Shown: piece after piece, positions 49,661-62,230 of the stretch
How positions within the stretch are numbered: the stretch's first letter is position 1
Layout of the letters: every line of letters starts with the position of its first letter
The notes under the pieces: model-generated
What the model saw: the letters and a program-made list of their open reading frames with translations, nothing else
Database searches by the model: none
What the model was told of the DNA's origin: nothing
Translations under genes and position numbers: made by a program
Assembly (NCBI GenBank): GCA_030248215.1
Contig: JASANG010001881.1
Location: 496,001-560,000, forward strand
DNA: 64,000 nucleotides
Direction: 5' to 3'
Origin: Enoplolaimus lenunculus
Lineage: Eukaryota

Positions 49661-52213
49661 AGATTTGTTTTACCTGTTTTGATTTATTTATTTCTAAATA
49701 TAGTTGTTAATTGCTTTAACTGTTGTTGTTCATAAAAGCACAACGAGAACAGAGACTGGATTTGAATTGAACTTTAGTTTTTGAGTTTTGAACTCATTAA
49801 TCTTTACCAGGCAATGATTGTTTGCTGTTTGTTTTTAGTCTATTTTTGGACGACGAGTACATGTTTGATTGTCAAAATTTTCGGAATTGTAAGCTAAACT
49901 GAGCGATACAAACAAAAATGATAATATTTTTTAGACAATTTGGCTAATTTAGTAAGATTTGAATTGCATTTCGTTGTTTGTGGAGTCCGTCGGGTATTGC
50001 GGAAAGGCTTCTGGTTTGGGATACAAGCTTAAGAGATTTTATTTCCATAATTTTACCATTGTAATATAACAGTAATTGTAACAGTAGTATAAAGACATTT
50101 GTAGTTTTTGACACCCATAGAAGTTTAGTCAAAATTTAATATGGGTTTCTAAAACCATACTTAAGTACAACGCAATCCTTAAGTATGTACTAAGTAATTA
50201 TATACTCAAATTAAGTTAATACTTAAGTCGCTTACTAAATTTGATATCTTACAGATTAACAGTTTAAGCATATTAGCTTTAGTCTAAAATTGTACTTATT
50301 GTAGCGCCATAATATAAAATAAAACTATTACATTCTTGTTATGACAATGGCTCACATTTGGCGTTTATCTGTTTTTGTTCGAAGATTTAAGAGTATTTAT
50401 TTAAGTCGTCGACTTTAAGCAAAATTCCACAAACCCAGCCATTATTTCAAGCGTTTAGCGATTTTGTTTGTCCAATTCTTGCATTTTATTATCTCAAAAT
50501 TCAATTGTCAAGTGCGAAAACTTTTTTTCTAAAATTAGAATCAAGAAATTTCAAATTTTAAAATCTTAGCTTTGTTACCTCGTCGGCTAAATTTTACCAC
50601 AAGTGAATGGTAAACTTAAAGTTTAACCAGAATATCTGTATCTGTATACAATTGTCTATTTGTGGTTTTATTATGTGGCCAAAAATCATTCATGCAATGA
50701 TGCTTTCATGCAAAACTTTAACCCATCAAACCAGCAAGTAAAACCATTTGCTTTCAATTGAAATTAATAGACGCTCCTGAGTTTAAAGCTGTTTCTATAA
50801 GTTGAACACAACGCATTTAGGATTCACCATTTTTGCCAAACAAAGGCCAATTTAAACTTCTGGTTGCTACGGGCAGCCGCGATCACTAAACCTAAACTAC
50901 TGACAAAACCTAAACCAATTGATTATTACCTGTTGTTTGGTTTTGAGTTTGCAGGTAAGCCAGAATACCAGAGATACGGCTCAGACTATAGGGGTACAAG
51001 GAAATATGTTTTTTCGAAATTCAAGGGAAAAAAAGACAATTTTGCCTTTAGAATAACTCGTTGGATCGAAGAAGTAAACTTACTCATTCGCTTGGCTCGA
51101 ATGATATGAAGATTTACCATGAAATGCTACCATTTCGAAGCTAAATCGTAGCTTCGATTCTGATGCTGGTTGTGTGTGATTTGAACAAAAGTGTAAGCAC
51201 TGATGCACAAAACATTGAGTACAACGGCCAAATACACAAACAGGGGTCGTACCCTTCAAAATTATTCATCGTTCATGAAAAGGATACGCGTTTAGTGAAT
51301 TTAAAATTTACGAATTTAAAATTGTCATAAAGCCCTGGCCACTGCTCACCCCTCTGACGTAAAACTCCTATACTGGAGATTCATATTGTAACCCTGAAAA
51401 CTGTTTTTATCTAGGCTGCAGAATACCTAAAACCTAAAATTCAGCTAACCCCCCAAGCTCAACTCAGAAACGAAAACATGAAAAGCCTAAAATGGGACAA
51501 TGAACGCCTAAATCAGGTTACTTGCTAAAATTGGCTACAGGTGCAGTTTGTAGATGTTATCATACAGAAGATAATATTGCATAATATAGAGTTTACTAGT
51601 AATTTATCTTTTTGGTCTACTGAATATTTTGAAAGTTCTCGTTGCTTTTATGGTATCATTAGTTCCAGTTCTGAGACCACCAGAGTTATATTTGAGTATT
51701 TATATTTGTATGTAAGATTACTTATATTGCAATATGTTCATATTTTAGTCGACGCAGTTTAGAGATTTTTGACTACAATAAAAAGTCGCGTATTACTGGA
51801 CAAATCAGGCGAACTAAAGCTATTTTGAGTTCCTTATTTTTGTTTAATTCGAGAATGTAGAATTTTGTCAAAAGTGAAATTGTGACATCTGCTCGTGATT
51901 ATTTGAGTTCCGTTTAGGAACTTTAAGTTGTTTATTGATGCAGAGAATTTTCTTTTAATTTTTAATGGACAATATTGATCCATTATTTTATTTACTGATT
52001 ACGGATTTTAACAATTATTATGCTTAATTTTAACGCAGTTTAAAGATTTTAAAGTTTTTAGGAATTTAGCAAATTTTGTTATTTGCTACAAAAATTCGAT
52101 ATTCCGAATTAAAAAGATAAAAATGAGGGCCAATATAAATGATACTGTTTGGTGTTTACCGGAATGCAGATGCCGTTAACTGTTAATTAATACGCAAAAC
52201 AGTTTATCAACAA

Positions 52214-52423
52214 CACTGCAAAAAATGTCATGTCGAGTCAAATTGACTCTCTCCACAATAGGCACTTCGGAATTACACAAACTGAGTCAACTTTGACTCA
52301 GCCAGAGTAAAACGTGCGGCTCAGTGAATCGAATTTAACTCTGGTGGAGTCGTATTTGACTCTGTGTAATCCCGTAGAGCCTATTTTGGCGAGAGTCAAT
52401 TTGGATCATCATTTTTTGCAGTG
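52214..52423. mobile_element. MITE with CACTGCAAAAAATG TIRs, almost fully palindromic. Relative at ~4250-4387.
   Basis: CACTGCAAAAAATG...AAATTGACTCTC ... GAGAGTCAATTT...CATTTTTTGCAGTG. Confidence 0.8.
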
Positions 52424-52479
52424 TACTATTCTTTTAACGGGACCATATTAATTACGGATTTAGATGTAGAATTAATCTC

Positions 52480-53030
52480 ATTAAACATAGAAACAGTTGT
52501 AGAGTCACTTAAATTTAGTACGTATTTTATTCAAATTCCTCGCATCTAAAAACTTTTTAATGCTAAAATTAGATTGCTTCTAACTGTAATAATTAGTGAA
52601 ATTTTGTAAAAAGCACTAATTTAGGTTTATAAACTATGCTAATGTGTAAATTATCTATTAGCTAACTGCTCAGTTATCGGTTTGGGGGTTGTAAACAGTC
52701 TATGCAGATTCCTAGCATCCAAAAACCCTTTAATGCTAAAGTTAGATTGCTTCTAACTGTAATAATTAGTGAAGTATTGTGGAAAGTCCTAATTTAGGCT
52801 TAATTAATTATGCAAATTAGCCTGTAGCTAATAAACGGCTTAAAATTTTAAAACCCCAATGCGAGGTTAACACTCCAGGATAATTGGTTTTCAAACAAAA
52901 AAGTTATCAAAATCGGTTGAGCCGTTCCTGAGATTCTTTTCAGACGGACAAACGGACGGACGGACATCCACCTTTCGACCCCCAAGTACAAAACATAAAA
53001 CGTTTCGCGAAACTTCGAGCTTCGCTCAAA
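52480..53030 (+). mobile_element. Helitron/Helentron-derived (INE-1/HINE-like) non-autonomous element
   Basis: Internal ~175-bp tandem duplication (52541/52716), AAAATCGGTTGAGCCGTTCCTGAGAT, (GACG)n microsatellite, terminal hairpin GTTTCGCGAAAC followed by GCTTCGCTC. Confidence 0.5.
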
Positions 53031-53310
53031 AAACACACATTTTGTCAGCAACGGTGATCAATTCTATAGTTGGTTTATAATGGAACTAAGAAGTAGAAAC
53101 CACATCGTCGTCAAAATTTAAACTGATTTTTGCTAATTTTTGGATAATCTTTAAATGATATGGGTTAAAATTATCAAACTTATACGGAACCGTACATTTA
53201 AACCCCAATTGATGACAAATTTTGCAAATTTTCATGATCGAATTAATTTAAATATATTGACATTATGCTACGTAATACCATCAAGAGTGGATGATCACTC
53301 TTAATAACAA

Positions 53311-53580
53311 GAGTGTGCCACTGGGTACATTCTGTGTATTAAACAATGTACCAGCACGCATTGCATATTTGTTCAAACCGCTCAATCAGGGGGGTTTAAG
53401 CAAGAGATTAACAGTATGCTTCAGTACACCTACCCCCCTTAAACAAGGGGGGTTACAATTTCCGCATTCACTACGATATAAAACTGCATAAAGACCCCCT
53501 AAACATGAGGGGGTAGACCAAAAACGCAACGCGTGCCGGGTACATTCTTTAATACACATAATGTATCCAGTTGCACACTA
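53311..53580. mobile_element. MITE with ~54-bp TIRs starting GAG (Sola-like?). A related end lies at ~38243-38300.
   Basis: GAGTGTGCCACTGGGTACATTCTGTGTATTAAACAATGTACCAGCACGCATTGC versus GCAACGCGTGCCGGGTACATTCTTTAATACACATAATGTATCCAGTTGCACACT. Confidence 0.7.
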
Positions 53581-54285
53581 TCATTTAATAAACTGTTGTG
53601 ACTTAAAATGTTTTAATATTAACCGTTTTTGTATGGTACAACCATTTGCAACCTTGAATTCCAACCCTTGTCTTTTAGGTGAGAGTCGTTTACCATCACC
53701 ACTCGGCGATAAGGCCCCAACATGCGGGGGCCAAAAGGATTCCCACGTCGAAGCTTCCGTATTTAATTACCTTTGTCATTGCGAACACTGCGTATTGTGT
53801 AGTTATTTGACGTAAACATTGTTCAATTTGTTGCTTACAGTACATCCCACACAGGAACGAACTAAATCCCAATATCCTTAAAATAATCAACATAAAATGT
53901 CAGTTCCGCTCCCGTTACGAGTGATCCGTTTACGGAATTTTCAATTTGAAGGATCAAAGAAGTGTTACAGTAATGACTGAGTTTTAAGCGAAGCGAGTGG
54001 AAAGCTTGAGACAATTTTAAAATTGACGCGTTCAAGCGAAAAAGTTGTTATACTGTGAACAATAACACACAAGCGGAAAGTTATACGTAATTTCAGTGAT
54101 GGAGCTAATCCCAAAAGTCTTGCTAATATGTATTTTTTAATTATATTTCTCGAATATTAAAAATATTATTCATATATAACACTTCCATGCCTTCAAACTC
54201 CGTATTGTAAATCGTATTTTAAAAGGTAATTCATCGGTGCTTGTTTAAATAGTGGCAACATAAATGTGTGTGAGTACAGTATTAA

Positions 54286-54483
54286 CCCTTTCTCACATGA
54301 ATATTTTCTATTTCCCCTGAGACCTATTTTTATGCTAGGATTCGAACTCAGTGACTGTAGTGGGAGGCGTATACCATCACCACTCAACTATAGGAGCTTG
54401 ACACTCGAGCCCGAAGGGGCTCTCACGTCTAGTGGTGATTTAGTACTATGTATACGTGTTGCAATTGTTAAACACGGTGCGAT
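54286..54483. mobile_element. piggyBac-type tRNA-cassette MITE, right-truncated
   Basis: TTAA|CCCTTTCTCACATGAATATTTTC..., colinear with the 21379 copy up to AACACGGTGCGAT. Confidence 0.85.
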
Positions 54484-54927
54484 TTGCGACGCCGCAAATA
54501 AAAAAAATATAAACTGATTTGTAGTGCCGTCAAGCGCGGTACAGTAATTCACGTATGATGCCGCACGGCCCGGGCAGGAACCAAAAGCCATTAAAATAGT
54601 CAAAGAGTATAGCGCCACTCTAACAACAAATACTTAATGAATTTGAGTCTATTCGGTGTATTTTCTTCGCAGTTAAACGTGAGTAAGATGTACGTCAATA
54701 TCGCGAGCGGGTTTCAGACAATGTCATAGATTTCAGGTGTTCGCAAACATTTAATCTCAGTCTATGAATTCGGCTTAGACTTAGACTTTGGCTTACAATC
54801 AGGTATAATCGTATTGATTTTGACAAGAACTTGTTCTGTCCATAAACCCACAATAATTTTGAGTAATTCTTAAATTATATCCACAGATGTAATATCGGTT
54901 ATTTTATCTAGAACCTATACCAGTTGG

Positions 54928-55095
54928 CCGGCCCGTAGCCAGCTCAGCTTGCGCGGGGGGGGGTAAAAATTTTTCAGGAGGGACATTCAAAGGCTTTCAA
55001 TGAGTTTACAAACAACGTTGAAAACTTTCTAGGGGGCCATAATTTGTCCAGTGGGGGGACTCAGCTCACCTGACACCCCTTGGCTACTGGACCCG
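54928..55095. mobile_element. hAT-like MITE (GGCCCGTAGCC family)
   Basis: TSD ccagttgg/ccagttag. CCGGCCCGTAGCCA ... TGGCTACTGGACCCG. Confidence 0.7.
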
Positions 55096-58000
55096 CCAGT
55101 TAGTGATAGGTTTTCACACAGACGAACTTGACCCCATGCAGTAATGAATTTTCATACAGTTGCAGTTTAAGTTGTGAAATATATTAAAATTTGATTGACA
55201 GTTCAGTTTAAAATATCAAAAACGGAAACGACAAACGAATATTAAACATTAAATTTCAAAATAGCATCTCAGTGTTAATATTTAAATATGAATGGCCAAA
55301 ATGCCAAATTTACCTCATTTATGGAAAAATCACACAAACCCAAAATGTTAATAAGAACCAGACAAGAAGATAATCAATTTTATGGGTATTGTGTGACGAC
55401 CGAAACCAATATGGATGCCTCAATATTTTGGTATTATTTGAATAACGAAAACGGACACTGATTTTAACCAGAAAGCAAAATTGCCTAAATTGTGCATTAT
55501 ACAAAATGGTGAGATTTAAATCTAAGCGGTATACTTCAAATAACATTTAACATTGCTTTTTGCCGACGGCGTCAACCCTGGCAGTATAGAGTGGTTTCAA
55601 CTAACAAACAATAATTTCTGCTAACGTTAGCATAATGCAATTATAAACTTGCATTATTTTTATACATTACTAAAATTTCTAACACAACTATGATTCTCTG
55701 TTTGCAGCATCGATCACCTGTAGTGGCTCATGTAAAGATTAGGGGCGGAACGTTTTTCTGTGAGACTGCCATAGAGTAAGCTTAAGCTTTAGATATATTT
55801 TTTGCTGTGTCTTAAGCTTTAGGTATAAACTCATTCTTACGCATATTGATCCCAGTAGTGAAGTTGGATCCATCTTTAAATCTGTTCTGAAATACAAATC
55901 GTCTGTATTTCATATGGGTTGTGAGATACTTAACGCTGTGGCGTATGGTGATGTGCTGTCAGTATATCGTATTTTTTAGGGATTGGATCAGTTGTCCATA
56001 AAATGTCCATAGATGCACCAGGAATTAAACAAATTTGGTGTATTAATTATACAAGTCAAAGTGTTGCAATATTTATACAAAGCTAAACTGGTTATGCAAT
56101 GAAAACATTGATTTGTGTTAAATTGGGTTATAATTATAATCTATTATGAATATAAAAACTGGAAATATATATACAACGAAATTTTGGGTTATCTTTAACT
56201 ATTTTTCGTTCAATTGCCTTTGGGTATGATGCCAAAAAGACGAATGTAGGGCATTCCAGCTTTAATAATAGATACCAGTCAAAATGGTTGCAGTATTTGC
56301 AGCCACGACATTCTTACTAATTTGCATACCACGCACGCATATAAAAATCGACTGGAACGATGCCTAAAATACGTATGTGGGGTGTTTCAGCTTTAAAAAT
56401 ATAGATATGCTAGTCGTCTGATATTGCGCAATGCGCAAAGGTTCTCCATAGCAAAAAATAACTGGACAGCTGCGCTGTGGTCCCCTTATTCGTCATGGGA
56501 CCCACTGAGGGCTCAACCCGCTAGAGAAATTTTCGAGCGACACGAAAATTAGAATTTTGCTTACAGGTCAAATAAACTTGGCCGAATGCAAATTTTAGAT
56601 TTACTTTAGAGTCCTTGCCATGGTTCGCTAGCTGCGGGACTGCTGCGATGATAATCTACCTAGCAATAAAAGCACGTGTTGCAAGGAAGCCGCGAATTTT
56701 GCTCCATAGACTGAACTACAAAGTGTGTTAGCATCGTCCAACTTTTGTATCAGTTTTCGCAGTCTGCTTAATTTCAGGTTTGCTGGCGTTACTATACACA
56801 GGATAACTGCCATTATTGTCCCATTAAATTATTTACATACAAATCAAGAAAAGTTAGTGAATGCACAAACATTCGCATGCAGATTTTCTTTTCATAGAAC
56901 AATCACGTTTATACTCTCAAAATTCGTTGCAAGCACAGTAACGCTGGAAAGTTGCCCAAAATACGTAATGTGGGGAATTCCAATTTTATTGTATAGATAA
57001 AGTAGAAACAACTACATGAATATCATCTGACAAGCCACGTTGACCGACTAAAGATAAAACATAGCATACTATCCAAATGATGAACTATGTTTACATATGA
57101 ATATTTTGCAAACGTAGTAATGCTGGAAAGTTGACCAAAATGCGTATGTGGGGTGTTTCAGCTTTAATATTATAGATGTGTGTATTCGTGCTGGTGTATA
57201 AAATTTTAACATTTAGTATCTTAAATTTACCTTAATCCTTACTAATCGTAACTTAATTAATATTTGAGTCGTTTTGTAAAGTTAACTTCACGGCTGATGG
57301 CGAACGAAATGATATGCGAAGAAAATCCGAAAAAGCTCACGAAACCGTCGACCCATAACATTTGGTGATTTAACGAAGAAATAAATTTTAAAGTAGATTT
57401 CAGGACAACCCCACGAAATCGTGGATAGAAACGACCCACGGGGACCTCAACCCGTCTTCCATAAAGACATTGGTCTCTCGTAAAAAATTTCAACCTCAAT
57501 TGTAAGCCGTATAACCTTGTATACCCCAACCCAATTTTTTAGCTACTAAGATGAGCTGGTTACGGTCCTACAACCTGGTGCCCCGCCTTATCGATTGCTT
57601 GGTTCAATGTGGCGCTAGATTAATAAAATCAAAGTCTGCACTGCATAACTGCATACTGCAGTGCAAAATAATTGCAATTTTAGCACCACTTGAATTTAGC
57701 AATTGCGTCTATATTGCATGAATCACGGAAGTACCTTCCCGATCAACAATATGAAGAAAATCAAAATCGGGGGAAACGAACAGAAAATCGACTCAAAATG
57801 GCAACTTTATGATTTAAAATGTTGTGTGAGCATTCTCAAATGTGTGTAGCATCAATTACCAGTTAGTGATAAGGTTTCAAACAAGAGAAGCGGTTAGCAG
57901 TTAGCAAACTGATATTCGCCAAAATGAAGCAAAAGTTTTAATTGACGGTACCATAAATAGGGTTGATATTTATGATCCCTTGAAACATCCGTAAAACTTT

Positions 58001-59087
58001 TGCTTTTAGAATTTATATATCTTTGATTCATCAAATACGTTCTACAGGTTTTGACATTGCGACGGCTGATCTGGATTTAAGGCACAAGTTTTTAGGTTTA
58101 CATTACGACAATTTACAGCTTAGCAGGCATACATCAGATTTTAGTCAGAATCTGTTGCAACAGAATGATAAAACAGAAATCAGGCAAATGGCCAACAACG
58201 AAAAGGTTCAAAACAAACAATCATATTTGAAGATGATAAATTGTACCATTGAAATAAAAACAATAATTGTAAATTTGTGCGTTGCAATGCTAAATATATG
58301 CGGAGATGTAAGACGGTAAGGACTAAGGTGCATCGAGCCCCTTTGAGCTCCTTAACTGTGCCGCGCGTTGCCATATGCCGCCGCCCGCTGCCTTTCGTCG
58401 CCGCAAGGCTGAGTTGTGGTGGCTTGCGCCAGCGAACGGCCCCGCGCGTCACAATGAAACAATTTTTTAAAATAATGCGCGGGCGTACAAAGTAGCGTAG
58501 CCTTTAGTGGAAAACCATATTTTTGGTTTTCTGAACAAAAACATTGATATTCAAATATCAACATTTGTTCGCGTTCATATCCGGAAATTTCCTAAATTCC
58601 GATAACCGGATATCCGGCAGCGATTGCTTACCGTTCAACAGTTGCGTACAAAACCAACGTAGAAGTGTAAGCGTTGAGTTGCGCTGTCTGCCTCAAATAT
58701 AAATTTTTTGTCCGCTGCCAAACGGTAAAAGTACAGTGTCTGTTCGAGGAAATGCAGATATTGACAATTTTATGCTTATTTACTCCAGGCTGCTGTCAAA
58801 AACACACCATCTTACAGAGGTACGGCTCTTTAAAGCACTAACTTTTCTGTTGGGCGAAGCTTTCAAGGTGGCCTACTCAAAACAACGACGCCACAGCCTT
58901 CCAGTTTGAAAGCCTTGACTGTATAAAACGGTTATATTTCATATAGAGGCACATCTAAGCTTTCCAAACGCAGTTTACACTGTTGCAATAAAATAACAAT
59001 GACTGCAGTTGCATTCTGATTGCACAAAACTGCGGGTTGCGGGTTTTAGTACACTATTTTACAAAATATGGGTCTTGATATTTTTTA

Positions 59088-59186
59088 GATATAATACACA
59101 CATATATACATATATATATTTATATATATACATATATATATAAATATATATAAATATATATGTATATATAAATATATATATATATT
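59088..59186. repeat. (TA)n-type microsatellite
   Basis: Read directly from the sequence. Confidence 0.9.
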
Positions 59187-60288
59187 TGGTATAATTTTTT
59201 CACTACCGTTTTGTGTGTTTTGGGTATAAATAACAACTGCAAATTTGCGTTTCGACACCAGAATGAACCTCAGATGGAGGTACAACGATGAAACACAAAA
59301 CAGTGATTACCCTGCATTTATTGCATAACAGATGCACCGGTTATTTTCAGGTTTATACAGCAACCGCTTGCATCGCAGTGCTTTTGCTTACAAATGCAAT
59401 TTACGTTGAAATAATTTCATATTTGTTGCTTATTTAAGGTTGATTTCAATGTTCGACTTTCAGTTGATCGTGAGTTCTAAACTGTCAGCTTAGAAATGTT
59501 TCGGTATTAAAATTAATGAAAATAAAAGCTTAAAATCTGTATTCTGAACTGTTTTTATTAACAATGGTTAAATGAGTATTTTTTAAGACAAGAGTTGTTC
59601 TCCAACTGGGTAAGTTTTGCGTAGGAAAGAATGTATTCAGCGAATGTTGTGTTTTAGCGGCTTCAAAGTATTTCTTAGAGGGCGCGTAGGGGGTTTGCAA
59701 TTTGTGCTAAAATTTAAAATATATGGAACGTTACGGGGTGTCAAACATAGTCCGCTTAGCGCTCGCAGGTAGATGTTGTACTATGCAAACCACGGTTAGT
59801 TGGATACTCTTGTCTAAGAGTGATCATCCAGTCCTGGCATCACTTATTTAAAATTTGTGATTTTAACAATATGGTCAACATTGAGAATCGGTAGAAACCA
59901 GAATTATAGGATCCATGGCAAAAAATGACCAAAAATATATAAACTTTTATTCTGCTGATTCAAAAAGTTCATATCCGATTTGGTATTAATTATGACGTAT
60001 GGGTCACTTTATTTTACGTTTGGCCTGTGGTTTTTGCCATCGTCAATTACTGGCACCTGCCATCTGCTATAGAGCAAAATTTGTACCAAAATCTAAACAG
60101 CAGTCGTTGTTGAAAAAATATTAAAATCATAAATGTCAATAAATACGATAATGTGAAGTTATAAGCCAACAAGCGTCTATTGACGATAGCAAAAACCGCA
60201 GGACAAACGCAAAAGAAAGTAACCCATGAATTGTCAGTCTAGGTAGGATCCGGGACATCAGACCTTTCTACCAAGCAGGTGGAAAAGC

Positions 60289-60360
60289 GGGCTACAGCGG
60301 GGATCGAACTCTCAGCCTATGAATCCTTAAGCGAGCACTCTACCACTGCGCCACGTAGCC
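60289..60360 (-). pseudogene. tRNA-like sequence (tRNA pseudogene, AAG at the anticodon position)
   Basis: 72 nt GGCTACGTGGCGCAGTGGTAGAGTGCTCGCTTAAGGATTCATAGGCTGAGAGTTCGATCCCCGCTGTAGCCC. Intact 7-bp acceptor stem, A box, B box, and TTTT 2 nt downstream. Anticodon and T stems are mismatched. Confidence 0.7.
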
Positions 60361-60829
60361 CACCTCTCCAACTGCGTTCTTCGTCGACTATATGTGTCGA
60401 CCATACACCACAATGTGCATTACATTTATTGCATACGCAGAAGGACAAGCATGTCTCACAAGCTTACATGCATAAAAGTGCCATCTATAGATTTATTGTA
60501 CCTTCAGCATATTTTTTCAAATTGAAATCAATAATAAGTGTTATCAAAAAGGTATCTCTATTAAACTTGAAGTAATTTAAGCCAACAGTACAAGTATCTA
60601 TGAAAACTTATCAAATTACACTAATATTTACCATGAAATTCATTGAAACATAAAAAAACATTAAATGCTTTATTTCAACAAGCTTAAATTTAAATTGTAC
60701 TGTCCATGAATAAGTGAAAATAATTGTTCCTTGCCCGTTTAGGGTCAGTCTCAAAAATACTTTGTAAACTTATTATTTGGTTAAAATTTTGACTGCGGTC
60801 TTGGTTTTATCATAAATTGATTGTTAAGC

Positions 60830-60977
60830 CACTAGCGGATCCAAAGAGGAGGGGCGCATGTGCCCCCCATCAGAAATTTTTTGTGATAAAATGATTAGGT
60901 CTTTACCTTACAGTTTTTGCGTTTCATAGCATATGCCAGCCCGCCCTACCCATCAAAAATTTTTGGATCCGCCTCTG
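60830..60977. mobile_element. hAT-like MITE (CAGTGGCGGATCC family)
   Basis: CACTAGCGGATCCAAA ... TTTGGATCCGCCTCTG. TSD tgttaagc/tattaagc. Confidence 0.75.
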
Positions 60978-62032
60978 TATTAAGCGTAAGTATAATTCAA
61001 TGGGAATATTTTATAAAACTACTTTAAGTTGTAGAACAGTAGCGTAAGCGGATATATTCCTGAATTAAAGCTTAAGAATAGGCCGAATGTTTAGTGTAAC
61101 GATAAGATTTAAACTAAGCATGAGCCTAAGCGTACGCTGACACCTAAGCTTCCTTTGTTACGGTCCGGTGGAAACACGAGACCCTCTAAAAGTAACATGA
61201 GCCTGCCAATGAATGGAATAACACTTGTTACTACATATTGCGTGGAATTGCTATTGCGGATCCAGGAGTAAGAGGGGGGTATGCATCCCCACCGGCTGCC
61301 GAGTGTAAGTTTTTTCAAAGTTAAAATCAAACTTATATTGCAAATCTTTGTTCCGATATCTCAAAATTTCACAGTTGTTTTGGGGCTTAACTCAGAACAA
61401 CTAATTTTCTATGTGTTTTGGCAAGTTTTAAAATAGGTCTGGCTCGGCATCCGTCTACCTGTGAACTTTCTAGCCTGTGCGCCAAGCAAAGCCTATACCT
61501 AAACTTTAGCTTAAATCGTAGGCTCAAGCTTAAGCCTATACCTAAGTCTAAACCTAAACGTATGAATATCCTAAGCTTTTGGGAAGTTGGGATATTGCCC
61601 AGGATATTAGGATTTTGGGTAATTGGGGTATTACTCAGAAAATTGGAAGGGACCTGTTCTTTATATGGGCCAGTTTCTGGGACTTGTGCCAAAACTTAAC
61701 ATTTTCCACTCGTGCATCCCTCACCAGAACTTTCTGGATCCGCCACTGTGAGATAGCGTCATCATTAGGAACCGAAGTAAGAAATTTGTTGAATCAGAAA
61801 ATTGATGTTTCTACAACAACCACATAATTTTACAATATAGCAAAAATGTTGTTGATCCTGAAACTTGAACAATACACTGTGGCCCTAATTATCGTTGACT
61901 TGAAGCATATTAAAGTTGAAATTAAATTTCGATTATTTGTTATTTTGCAACTTTTAACCTTTTCTGTCATTTTTTTCATTTCCAATATTTATCTTCTTGT
62001 TTTGCTTCTTACTGTTTAGTTAAAAACTATTT

Positions 62033-62230
62033 GGCCTATGTAAAGATCAGGGACGGAAGATATTTCTGTCTGACTGCAATAAAGTAAGCTTAAGCTGTAA
62101 ATCGTTTTTTTGCTTGGCCTAGGCTTAGTTTAGGCTTAACAATATGCTCATTATTACGCTTAGACTTAGGCTTACTTAGGCTAAGGAATATGCTTATAAT
62201 ACTGTTCCGTCCCTGTTTTTTACATTGGTC
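62033..62230. mobile_element. Telomere-repeat MITE (family A)
   Basis: GGCCTATGTAAAGATCAGGGACGGAA ... TTCCGTCCCTGTTTTTTACATTGGTC. aaactattt (9 bp) on both flanks. Confidence 0.85.

Noticed and set aside
49402..49735. YI-rich ORFs (also 59085-59285)
   Set aside because: Products of TA microsatellites.
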